Source of the DNA: Bacillota bacterium
GTDB lineage: Bacteria; Bacillota; UBA4882; UBA8346
Direction: 5' to 3'
Assembly: GCA_041309705.1 (NCBI GenBank)
Contig: JBFYZC010000063.1
Coordinates: 1 to 25,594, forward strand
Length of the DNA: 25,594 nt
Position numbers and translations under genes: made by a program. The notes beneath the pieces were generated by a model. That model saw only the letters and a program-made list of their open reading frames with translations, ran no database searches and was not told where the DNA came from. Below, piece after piece: positions 16,571 through 24,845 of this stretch (position 1 is its first letter; each line of letters starts with the position of its first letter).

Positions 16571-16935
16571 CTTGCGCTAGGTTCATTTTTGAATCAAATT
16601 AGCGCTTTATTATTTTTTGCTTTTAATATATAATATAGAACATGTTGAAAACATTTTAGCTATATGCTTTCAAAAGGCTTGATTTGTTTGATCTTTACCC
16701 TGATATTTGGTGCATTAAATATTTTTGTTGAATATGACGAAAAAGTAATAACTATGATCTGAAACTTTTTGAAATCAAATTATTCTTATGGTAACTATTA
16801 AGGGGGATTTTTGAAATATATCTGTAAAAAATCTGTTAAATTTATAATTCGTGATACATATGCAGAACGGGTTGCTTTTTGGTGCAACATATATACTTCG
16901 AAATTACAAATTGTTTTACTGAAAGGAATGAAGTG

Positions 16936-17700
16936 ATGCTTTTGAAATACTTGAAAAAATTGTTAATTAGTGGAGTAATTTTAATTGTATGGTTTTTAGC
17001 AAGTCACCATCCCAAAATGAACCCATTATTTTTACCAAAACCAGAAATTGTCTGGTCGGATTTAGTAACTCTCACTCAAAATGGCATGTTACAGCAAGGG
17101 ATGCTTGCTTCTTTTGGTAGAATTACGGTTGCTACGCTGATTACCAGTATGATTACACTTCCTTTGGGTCTTTTGGTGGTTAATCATGCTTGGTTGAATC
17201 GGATGCTCACTCCAGTAACTGCTGCGGCACGCTATATTCCAATTACCATAGCTTCACCACTTTTAATGTTATGGCTGGGAATTGGTGAACCAATGAAGAT
17301 TGCTTTTTTGACCCTAGCAACAATGTTCTTCTTTTTACCAACGGTAGTAATGACAGTGAAGGAGACTAGTCAAGAACTGATAGATACCGCCTACACAATC
17401 GGAATGAGTCCGACACAAGTGATGTTGCAGGTACTGTTACCTAATTCGCTCCCGGTAATCTGTGAAAGCTTTTTAATGATGTATGGGATTGGTTGGAATT
17501 ATGTAATTCTGGTAGAGACCTTTAATGCAACATCCGGCTTGGGTTATATTATTAATCTGGGAAGTATTCGTGGACGCACAGATCTGGTTTTTGCTGCTTT
17601 GGGAGTGATTCTCTTGATTAGTATAATCTTTGATAAAACTGGTAAGTACCTGATTAAAAAGGCGTTTCCTTGGAAGTATGCTCGAGCGGTAGAAGATTAG
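16936..17700 (+). CDS. ABC transporter permease, NitT/TauT (SsuC/TauC-like)
   Basis: FLPKP..VW, RYIPI..ASPLLMLWLGIGE, EAA-like loop ELIDTAYTIG, GLGYII; SD GAAAGGA favours ATG 16936. Confidence 0.9.
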   Translation: MLLKYLKKLLISGVILIVWFLASHHPKMNPLFLPKPEIVWSDLVTLTQNGMLQQGMLASFGRITVATLITSMITLPLGLLVVNHAWLNRMLTPVTAAARYIPITIASPLLMLWLGIGEPMKIAFLTLATMFFFLPTVVMTVKETSQELIDTAYTIGMSPTQVMLQVLLPNSLPVICESFLMMYGIGWNYVILVETFNATSGLGYIINLGSIRGRTDLVFAALGVILLISIIFDKTGKYLIKKAFPWKYARAVED

Positions 17701-17711
17701 GAGGTCAAAGC

Positions 17712-18347
17712 GTGATTGAGTTTCAAAATGTCTCATTGAAGTTTGACGAAAAAGTAATTTTTAATAATTATCAACAAGTCTTTGAAGCAGGCAAGATTTA
17801 TTGTTTGATTGGACCTTCTGGTTGTGGAAAATCCACTTTACTTAGATTAGCCTGTGGTTTGCAACGACCAGATAGCGGGAGAGTGCTTTTTCAGGGAACT
17901 CCAGTTAAGAAAAGTCAAGCGGAGATTTTTATGATGCATCAGAGTCATGTGAATTTTCCGTGGATGACTGTACTAGATAATGTATTATTGCCTTTAAAGA
18001 TTAAAGAAGGCATAATTACTCCCGAAAAAGCGGCACTAGCTCAAGAGATTCTATCTTTGGTAGAGCTCGAAGGGGCAGAGAAACTTTATCCCCATCAACT
18101 ATCTGGTGGAATGAATCAGCGAGTTGCTTTGGCACGAGTCCTGGTCTCACGACCCAAAATTTTGTTAATGGATGAACCTTTAAGTGCACTTGATCCAGAG
18201 TTACGTCTTAAGATGCAGAATCTGATCTTGCAATATCATCAGGCAGTAAATAACCCAATCAGTTTAATTATTATGATTACCCATGATCTAGCAGAGGCAA
18301 GTCGGATGGCAGATCTGCAACTTGATTTCTCACAAATAAGAAAATGA
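17712..18347 (+). CDS. ABC transporter ATP-binding protein (TauB/SsuB-like, compact 211 aa)
   Basis: Walker A GPSGCGKS, signature LSGGMNQR, Walker B LLMDEP, H-loop ITHD; SD AGGAGGT favours GTG 17712. Confidence 0.92.
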   Translation: MIEFQNVSLKFDEKVIFNNYQQVFEAGKIYCLIGPSGCGKSTLLRLACGLQRPDSGRVLFQGTPVKKSQAEIFMMHQSHVNFPWMTVLDNVLLPLKIKEGIITPEKAALAQEILSLVELEGAEKLYPHQLSGGMNQRVALARVLVSRPKILLMDEPLSALDPELRLKMQNLILQYHQAVNNPISLIIMITHDLAEASRMADLQLDFSQIRK

Positions 18348-18358
18348 GGTGATTTACG

Positions 18359-18946
18359 ATGGGTTTTATGGAGATCTTTATTAAAAGCGATGCGCCAGAA
18401 GAAGAGAAAGTTGTGGTAGAATCAAAAACTATAATTACACCAATACATAATGAGCCTCCTTCAGCACCTGAGATGTCAGAGATGAAATTAAATCCAGCAT
18501 CACCAGAAGTAACTAATCTAACCCCAACGATTGTTCTTGATGAAAGTGGAATGATTAAGCAGGTTTATGAAACAGCTGGACTTGGTGATCTAAGTAAATC
18601 AATCTTTAAAATTCAGCAGATTCGAACTTCGTTTCCAGAGACGATTCCGGATGAAGTAGTGCGCCAGACGATTCCCGGATTGCTGACTGCGGCTAATCTA
18701 GATACAGTTGAATTGCGTCTGGATGCCGAAACGAGAATAGCTACATTAAATACTGCCTTGCAAAATAATTTGATGGAGCAAACAGAAAAGATTAATAGTT
18801 TAACTGAAGAAATTAATGAGCTTGCAATGGTAATTGAAGCTAAACGTCAAGAGATTATCAATGCTCAGCAGAACAAGGATATCTTTAGCAAAGTAGTGGA
18901 GCAAGAGACTAAAGTAATTCAAGAAAATTTGACTTATTTATCTTAA
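18359..18946 (+). CDS. Hypothetical cytoplasmic protein with P/E/S/T-rich linker and C-terminal coiled coil
   Basis: SD GAGGTGA, 11 nt after the ATPase stop; no TM; heptad-rich C-terminal ~70 aa. Confidence 0.8.
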   Translation: MGFMEIFIKSDAPEEEKVVVESKTIITPIHNEPPSAPEMSEMKLNPASPEVTNLTPTIVLDESGMIKQVYETAGLGDLSKSIFKIQQIRTSFPETIPDEVVRQTIPGLLTAANLDTVELRLDAETRIATLNTALQNNLMEQTEKINSLTEEINELAMVIEAKRQEIINAQQNKDIFSKVVEQETKVIQENLTYLS

Positions 18947-18981
18947 TATAATACAAATTAAAAAAATAGGGAGGAAAAATA

Positions 18982-19734
18982 ATGTTACTATGGGTTTTAA
19001 TTGGAGTTGCTGTGGTTGCATTTGTTGTACTTTTTACAAAGCCGGGAGTGTTGATTCAGGGAGTTTATCATACCTTTTTTAAAGATATGATGGCAACTCC
19101 CGAAGGAGCAGAGAAAGTTTTTGCAGTGAAGATTGAGCAGATGCAAAAACGTCGCGTCCAAGCAGTAGAAGCATTACAGGAAGTCTCAGGACAACTCAAT
19201 CGAATGCAGGCTAATTATAAGAAAATCTCAAGAGAGCTAGAGGAGATTGAAAAGAGCTGTGAAACATTGGCACAGAAGGGTGAGTTTAATGGCGATTTAG
19301 AGGTTCTTGCCCAACAACGCGAGGGAATTTTGCAGCAAAAACAGATGTATCAGTCTCAGATCGCCGAGTTGGAACCAATGTGTCGTGAAACACAAGAAGT
19401 TTTGACTACATTAGAGTTACAATTAACTGCTTTGGAACGTGAAAAAGTAACAGTAGTGAATAATCTACGTCTAAATATTCAAAAGAAAGAGATGTATGAT
19501 ACTCTGGATAATCTACGCAAGACTACCGTGGACAAGTTGCTTGCCGATGCTCGTGATGGAGTACAACGTAAAGAAGATCTGGCGGCTGGGGCTAAGATTG
19601 TACATGACTCTCGTCTGGAGACCAAAGTTGAGAAAGCAAAACAATCAGCAACAGGTATGGCAAGCAGTAGTTATCTGGATCAGTTGAAGAATAAGTATAA
19701 TAGTCAAGAGAATAACTCGAGCATTTCAAAATAA
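18982..19734 (+). CDS. PspA/IM30-like coiled-coil protein with N-terminal TM anchor
   Basis: Hydrophobic residues 1-18, ATPEGA motif, long Q/E/K helical hairpin, C-terminal SSYLDQLKNKY reminiscent of the PspA tail; SD GGGAGG. Confidence 0.65.
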   Translation: MLLWVLIGVAVVAFVVLFTKPGVLIQGVYHTFFKDMMATPEGAEKVFAVKIEQMQKRRVQAVEALQEVSGQLNRMQANYKKISRELEEIEKSCETLAQKGEFNGDLEVLAQQREGILQQKQMYQSQIAELEPMCRETQEVLTTLELQLTALEREKVTVVNNLRLNIQKKEMYDTLDNLRKTTVDKLLADARDGVQRKEDLAAGAKIVHDSRLETKVEKAKQSATGMASSSYLDQLKNKYNSQENNSSISK

Positions 19735-19750
19735 TTAGAGGTGAAAATTT

Positions 19751-21265
19751 ATGTTTAGTCGGTTAACAACAGTAGGAAAAATATCAATTTTTGTGATTTT
19801 AATTTTAATCTTGGGAGCAGTAGGTTATTTTACCGGGCAGTTTGATAGTTTTTTGGGTAAAGGTAAGTTGCAAGTGAATCAACCAGGTGGGTTGCCAGCT
19901 AATAGTGAAGTAATGCAGATCTCCTTAGATGAATGGATTGGTTGGAAACCGATTCTGGATGCCAATGGTGGTCTGGAGACAAAGAAAGGTAGTATCTATG
20001 ATTCATTAGGTCTGAAATTAAATATTAAGGTAATTAATGATGCGGCTATAAGTTCAACCGCTTTGATCAATGGCTCGATTGTGGGAGCTGGCTATACAGT
20101 TAATCGTTATGCTTTTTTAAATGATAAGTTTAAAAATAATAATACTCCAGTACAGATGGTCTATTTAGTGAATGCCTCAGCTGGTGGCGATGGAATTATT
20201 GCTAGAGATGGGATTAACTCAATTGAAGGTTTGAAGGGTAAGAAAATTGCTTTGCCACAAGCAAGTGAAGCTCAAGTAATGATGGAGTGGCTCTTGGGTG
20301 CTAGTTCATTGACGGCCGAAGAGATTAACGGAATTCGTCGTAAATTTGTCTTCTTTAATACACCAGATGATGCTGCAAAAGCGTTTTTTGCCGGACAAGT
20401 TGATGCCGCAGCTACCTGGCAGCCTTATCTTTCGCAAGCACAACAACAGGGTGGATGTCATATCTTGTTCTCCACTAAGAATGCAACTAACTTAATCTTG
20501 GATGGAGTATTATTCCGTGAGGATTACCTCCAAAAATATGGTGCAAAAGTGCGATTATTTATTGAAGGTGCCTTAAAGGCAGCCTCGCTTTATGAGACTG
20601 AGTTTACTTCAATTAAGAATACCTTCCCGCTTTTTGCGAGTGAAACTGATGCGAATATCAAAGCGATGACTGGGGATGCAATCTTACTGGATCATGCTAA
20701 TAACTTAAGTCGTGAAAGTGTGGCAGTAAAGCTTTATGAGGATATGGCAAAGATCTGGAAGTCATTAGGGACAAATGCGGATTCAAGTGATGCAGGAAAA
20801 GCGTTTGATTTTAGCCTCTTAAAAGCACTTGCCGACAAGTTCCCGGCTGCAGTTACCAAAGTACCAGCCTTTACTGAGCAAGAACGCCTCTCGGCACAGG
20901 TGAAAAAAGAAGCTCTAATTACTAATCGCTTAACGATTAATTTCACCACCGGAACGGCAACCTTAACTGAGAATGATAAAAAAGCGTTGGATGAATTTGT
21001 TGGTAAAGTTGAGTTGCTTGACCGAGTGGTGATTCAGATTGAAGGAAACACTGATAATGTTGGAAATGCACAATCGAATGAAGAATTATCATATAAACGT
21101 GCACTTGCGGTAAAGAATTATCTGCAGTGGCAGCACGGGATTGATCCGAGTCGGTTTATCATTATTGGAAATGGGCAGAATAAGCCAGTGGCGGATAATA
21201 ATACCGATTCTGGTCGGAGTGCCAATCGCCGTACTGATGTCTATTTGAAAACAGTGGGTAAGTAA
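19751..21265 (+). CDS. Membrane-anchored NMT1/TauA-type substrate-binding protein fused to a C-terminal OmpA-like peptidoglycan-binding domain
   Basis: N-terminal TM, no lipobox Cys; SAGGDGIIA..GINSIEGLKGKKIA, DAAATWQPY; OmpA-C motif IEGNTDNVG....NEELSYKRALAV..YL...NRRTDV. Confidence 0.88.
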   Translation: MFSRLTTVGKISIFVILILILGAVGYFTGQFDSFLGKGKLQVNQPGGLPANSEVMQISLDEWIGWKPILDANGGLETKKGSIYDSLGLKLNIKVINDAAISSTALINGSIVGAGYTVNRYAFLNDKFKNNNTPVQMVYLVNASAGGDGIIARDGINSIEGLKGKKIALPQASEAQVMMEWLLGASSLTAEEINGIRRKFVFFNTPDDAAKAFFAGQVDAAATWQPYLSQAQQQGGCHILFSTKNATNLILDGVLFREDYLQKYGAKVRLFIEGALKAASLYETEFTSIKNTFPLFASETDANIKAMTGDAILLDHANNLSRESVAVKLYEDMAKIWKSLGTNADSSDAGKAFDFSLLKALADKFPAAVTKVPAFTEQERLSAQVKKEALITNRLTINFTTGTATLTENDKKALDEFVGKVELLDRVVIQIEGNTDNVGNAQSNEELSYKRALAVKNYLQWQHGIDPSRFIIIGNGQNKPVADNNTDSGRSANRRTDVYLKTVGK

Positions 21266-21275
21266 GTTGAAAAGT

Positions 21276-21310
21276 AACCAAAAACGCCTTGCAAAAGGCG
21301 TTTTTGGTTT
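21276..21310. terminator. Strong intrinsic terminator closing the five-gene operon
   Basis: Perfect 15-bp stem AACCAAAAACGCCTT/AAGGCGTTTTTGGTT with GCAA tetraloop. Confidence 0.9.
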
Positions 21311-21331
21311 AAAATTAGGGAGATGATAAAA

Positions 21332-21805
21332 ATGAAGATTGACAAGCCTTCGCCATATTTAATCTGGGGATCGTTGCTCCCTACAAATGTTATTTTTCTT
21401 TATCTCGGTCTTATCAAGATACCAAGTAATCAGTATTCAAAAGAGATCACTCCATTATTAATTGGATTTTTTGTTGTAGGGCTAATCAGTGCAGCGGTTA
21501 GTCTGTTTTTCTTTCGTTATCTTCATTTTAGTAAAAAGTTTTATAGCTCAAAGGTTGTAGAATTCTTGGATGAGCAGAAGAAGTTACCTAATACCAAAGA
21601 AGAATACCAGAATGTTTATGCTAAACTTTATGGAGTAGTGATGGGTTTAGCTGGAAATGCAGCAGGATTTGGGGCGATTGGTTTCTTTGTATCAAAGAAT
21701 TTCGAGTTTTTCATCTCTATGCTGAGTATCTCATTACTAGCTGAGTTACTGATCTTCCCTAGACCAAAGAAATTTGCTGAAAATATCTTGGGAGAGATTG
21801 AGTAG
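21332..21805 (+). CDS. Hypothetical membrane protein (about 4 TMs)
   Basis: Four hydrophobic segments; SD AGGGAG favours ATG 21332. Confidence 0.7.
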   Translation: MKIDKPSPYLIWGSLLPTNVIFLYLGLIKIPSNQYSKEITPLLIGFFVVGLISAAVSLFFFRYLHFSKKFYSSKVVEFLDEQKKLPNTKEEYQNVYAKLYGVVMGLAGNAAGFGAIGFFVSKNFEFFISMLSISLLAELLIFPRPKKFAENILGEIE

Positions 21806-21882
21806 TGAGTGAAGCAAGGTCATTTCACGCTTAGTTGGTAATTTGTTAATTGTTTAATCTTGGTTTTTATGGAGGAATCCTT

Positions 21883-22887
21883 GTGAAAAAATGGATATCG
21901 ATGAAATTTGTTTTGATAATTTTAATGTTTGGTTTAATAATTTGTATAATTGGATTAGCTTTTTGTTGTATTGAGAGTGATAAATATATAAGCAAGAATG
22001 TTAGTGAAAAGAATGCTAGAGTTGATGAACTAGCTACCAATAGCAAATTTTTGAAATTTAAGAATGATGCAGTAGCATTGGTTGAGGTTGAAGCACTGGA
22101 TAAAGAGACCAAAATTAAAATTAACAATGTTAAGTATTATGAAAAATTTTTAAACTATAAAAATAAATTTGATAATTTTATTATAAAGGAAAACCAGTCA
22201 ATCGAGACATTTGTGGGTCAAGAAGGGCAAAATTCTTTGATTACGGCAGAGATATTTAAGATTAATAGTGCTCGAAAAGTAAGTACAATTAGGATCAATG
22301 CCGATGCGCTTGATATTTTTGCAAGCTATTATAAGACTTCAAAATATGGTTGTTGTGGGGCAGAAAATTATCATGAATTAGTATCGTTATGGGGAAATAA
22401 GACTTTTTTGAAATATAACTCTAAATATTATTGCATTGATATACCAAATACAGGAATTAAATTATATTTTGGATTTTTGGTAGATTCATGGGATAAAAAG
22501 AATTTGATTCTTGGGGAGTTGTATTTTGCGCATTCGATATCGAAATCAGTGCCAGGAAAGGCATTTGTGACTCATGGGTTTACAACAGTTAATAAAGTGA
22601 TCTTTAAAACTAAAGATAAAGCTTTGTTTAATGAAATTCTGGGTTTTTCTCCACAAATAACTTTGTTAAAAAGTATTAAGCAGGATCGATTGATTGAATA
22701 CCAGGATCATCAGACTTTGACCCTTTGGTCATTTGACAAAAATGATAGATTGGAGGGAATTAGTTTTGTAGCATTAAAGCTGGAATTTGAAGGCGATAAA
22801 ACTATTTCGGTAGAGATTCCGATTAAAAATGGCTATTTGTTCGGCAAAGCAAATAAATTTGATCAAGTGGTATATCTTGGAGAATGA
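21883..22887 (+). CDS. Hypothetical exported/anchored protein, AT-rich
   Basis: SD GGAGGA before GTG 21883; N-terminal hydrophobic segment; YGCCGAE motif; no family recognised. Confidence 0.7.
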   Translation: MKKWISMKFVLIILMFGLIICIIGLAFCCIESDKYISKNVSEKNARVDELATNSKFLKFKNDAVALVEVEALDKETKIKINNVKYYEKFLNYKNKFDNFIIKENQSIETFVGQEGQNSLITAEIFKINSARKVSTIRINADALDIFASYYKTSKYGCCGAENYHELVSLWGNKTFLKYNSKYYCIDIPNTGIKLYFGFLVDSWDKKNLILGELYFAHSISKSVPGKAFVTHGFTTVNKVIFKTKDKALFNEILGFSPQITLLKSIKQDRLIEYQDHQTLTLWSFDKNDRLEGISFVALKLEFEGDKTISVEIPIKNGYLFGKANKFDQVVYLGE

Positions 22888-22907
22888 TTCGGGAAGAAGG
22901 ATAGCAA

Positions 22908-22955
22908 GTGAAGTATAAAGCTGTTATATTTGATTTATATGGAAAAAAATTATGA
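22908..22955 (+). pseudogene. 5' remnant of a HAD-family hydrolase
   Basis: GTG start after GAAGG reads MKYKAVIFDLYG (HAD motif I strand), then an A7 run and TGA after 15 codons. Confidence 0.5.
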
Positions 22956-23244
22956 ACACTTTTGTTTGGAAAATTCCGAGGTAAATGATTTTTAAAATAA
23001 AAATAGTGGAAGTTATTTTTTAACATTGCTCTAAATCGTTTGTACCGATACGTTAGTCGGGAAGTCAAGCCTGCGGAGAGTTATACAAACAGGAGTAGCT
23101 TTAGCCAAACCGGATTCGATGAAACAGGAAGAGAACAAAAAGTTTAATAGACTTTTATAAGTTTTTTGTAACGGAGAGTCTGAGGAAGTATTTGTAGTCA
23201 GTGATTTTAACTGAAAAATTTAATCTAAAAAAGGGGACTTGGAA

Positions 23245-23610
23245 ATGGCAAAAGCAGAAATAACATATGACACATATATGAGTAATCTGGATGAAGCGAA
23301 TCGGGTTGTTTTGGGTGAATTATTTACACGTGCCAAAGCAATTTTGCCTAATCATTCAGTGAATATGAAGTATGGTTTCCCATTGCTGGATGGGTTTGGG
23401 AAATTTGGTTTTGCGCAGAAAGCAAGTGGGATTACTTTATATTTTCATCATCATCAATTAGCCGAGGTTGTGGCGAAATATCATACTAAACTTGGTCAGT
23501 ATAAATTAGATAAAGAGAGTATTAAATATAAAAAGGCAGCGGAGATTCCGCTAGAGCAGATTTTGGAGATAATCAAAGAATTATTTACTGAGACGGAATC
23601 ATTTCATTAA
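23245..23610 (+). CDS. DUF1801 (YdhG-like) protein
   Basis: Y...L....R..L.EL, MKYGFP, ITLY, IPLEQILEII pattern; SD AAGGGGA favours ATG 23245. Confidence 0.65.
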   Translation: MAKAEITYDTYMSNLDEANRVVLGELFTRAKAILPNHSVNMKYGFPLLDGFGKFGFAQKASGITLYFHHHQLAEVVAKYHTKLGQYKLDKESIKYKKAAEIPLEQILEIIKELFTETESFH

Positions 23611-23618
23611 AAATATCA

Positions 23619-23643
23619 AGGGACGACTTTAAAAGTCGTCCCT
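23619..23643. terminator. Hairpin/terminator between convergent genes
   Basis: Stem AGGGACGACT/AGTCGTCCCT; T-rich tail on the minus strand. Confidence 0.75.
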
Positions 23644-23648
23644 CGTGA

Positions 23649-24335
23649 TTAATATCTTGCGAGCACTTTTGATTTCATTTCTTGAAACTCAGCATCATTG
23701 ATTGTGCCAGAGTCTAAAAGTGACTTTAATTGAGAAATTTCTTCTGTTAAAGAGATAGTAGTATTTTTGCTTTGGGGATCGACGTAGTTATTTGGTATAG
23801 CAGTATTGATTGAGATACCACCTGATTCGGCTTTTTTCTCTTCAAGTCCGCGAATTCTCATTTTTTCTTCCCAAGCTTGTTCTTCGGCTTGTGCATATTT
23901 ATAAATGTTATTTGCAACATCACTTGAAATTCCTTCAATAATCATACTTCCCGAATCAGTATGAAATTTTAAGGTTGAACCACATAGAGATGGTAATACA
24001 TTTTCGGACAATTGCACATCTGATAAATTTTTCCATTGAAAATCAACCATCTCAAAACCACCAAAGAGATTGCGTTTGAGAAGAATGACTCTAGAATTTG
24101 TAATCCCAAGTAGTTTTCTTCTTGAAAAAAAAGCATAGACTCTCAATTGAAGACCTTGGGTAATTAGTTTTTCTCCTGACATTAAGGTGTTTTCTAGTTT
24201 TTTTTCTACTTGTTCTTGTCGTTTCTTTGAGTTGAAGAATATTAAAAAATTGTAGATAACAGCAGGAATAAAATACAAAGATACTAATAAAATATTTAGC
24301 AAAATAAAACCTAAAAGCTGAAGAATGCCGTTCAT
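23649..24335 (-). CDS. Membrane-anchored bacterial PH-domain protein with C-terminal SHOCT domain
   Basis: N-terminal TM; GITNSRVILLKRNLFGG..DFQW PH-like core; LKSLLDSGTINDAEFQEMKSKVL SHOCT; SD GAGGAGG favours ATG 24335 over 24389. Confidence 0.75.
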   Translation of the reverse strand: MNGILQLLGFILLNILLVSLYFIPAVIYNFLIFFNSKKRQEQVEKKLENTLMSGEKLITQGLQLRVYAFFSRRKLLGITNSRVILLKRNLFGGFEMVDFQWKNLSDVQLSENVLPSLCGSTLKFHTDSGSMIIEGISSDVANNIYKYAQAEEQAWEEKMRIRGLEEKKAESGGISINTAIPNNYVDPQSKNTTISLTEEISQLKSLLDSGTINDAEFQEMKSKVLARY

Positions 24336-24450
24336 GTTGTTTTCCTCCTCGAAATTACTTATTAAATTGATCTTAGACACCGTTGACATAGATAATTAAA
24401 AAAATTATTTGTCTGATGAGATTGTGGGATAAAATTACACAACCGATTTA

Positions 24451-24479
24451 ATATTAACTAATTTTTTGCAATATGTCAA
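24451..24479 (-). promoter_or_regulatory. Sigma-A promoter of the PH-SHOCT gene
   Basis: Minus strand TTGACA-N17-TAATAT. Confidence 0.65.
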
Positions 24480-24793
24480 GAGAGATTGAATTATAATAAG
24501 TAAAAATTTGTGGTTAATTAATTGTGTTGTATAATAACATTAGAGTAATTATTTATTTTTAAATATATTAAAATTATAAAAATAAATTAATATAAAATTA
24601 TAAATTTTATTAAAAAACAAGGAGCTATTGGTGTAATTCATAAAGTGAGAGATTGAAGCTTCTTTTACAAGACGTTTTTGTTTTATAGTTGAGTAGTATT
24701 GTAAATTATTTAACCATGTTAAGTAATTTCTTGACCATCTTTCTAAAGGAAGTAATTTGGGTTTAATTGGCTTGAAATTAACCTAGGTCAAAA

Positions 24794-24823
24794 TTGCTAG
24801 CGAGAGGTGAATTGGCTTATAAT
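24794..24823 (+). promoter_or_regulatory. Candidate sigma-A promoter of the msrB-msrA fusion
   Basis: TTGCTA-N18-TATAAT, about 10 nt upstream of SD GGAGGTGA. Confidence 0.5.
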
Positions 24824-24845
24824 GAAGGCAAGGGAGGTGAACTCG

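Noticed and set aside
16571-16930. Riboswitch or sRNA upstream of the ABC operon
   Set aside because: Only isolated hairpins (16574-16605, 16871-16888); no TPP, SAM, c-di-GMP or other aptamer core recognised, and no convincing promoter could be called.
21332-23610. Integron-like cassette array
   Set aside because: Co-oriented small genes, but no repeated attC-like element between them and no integrase.
24550-24615. Direct repeats AAAATTATAAA in the AT-rich intergenic region
   Set aside because: Very low-complexity A/T sequence; such matches are expected by chance.
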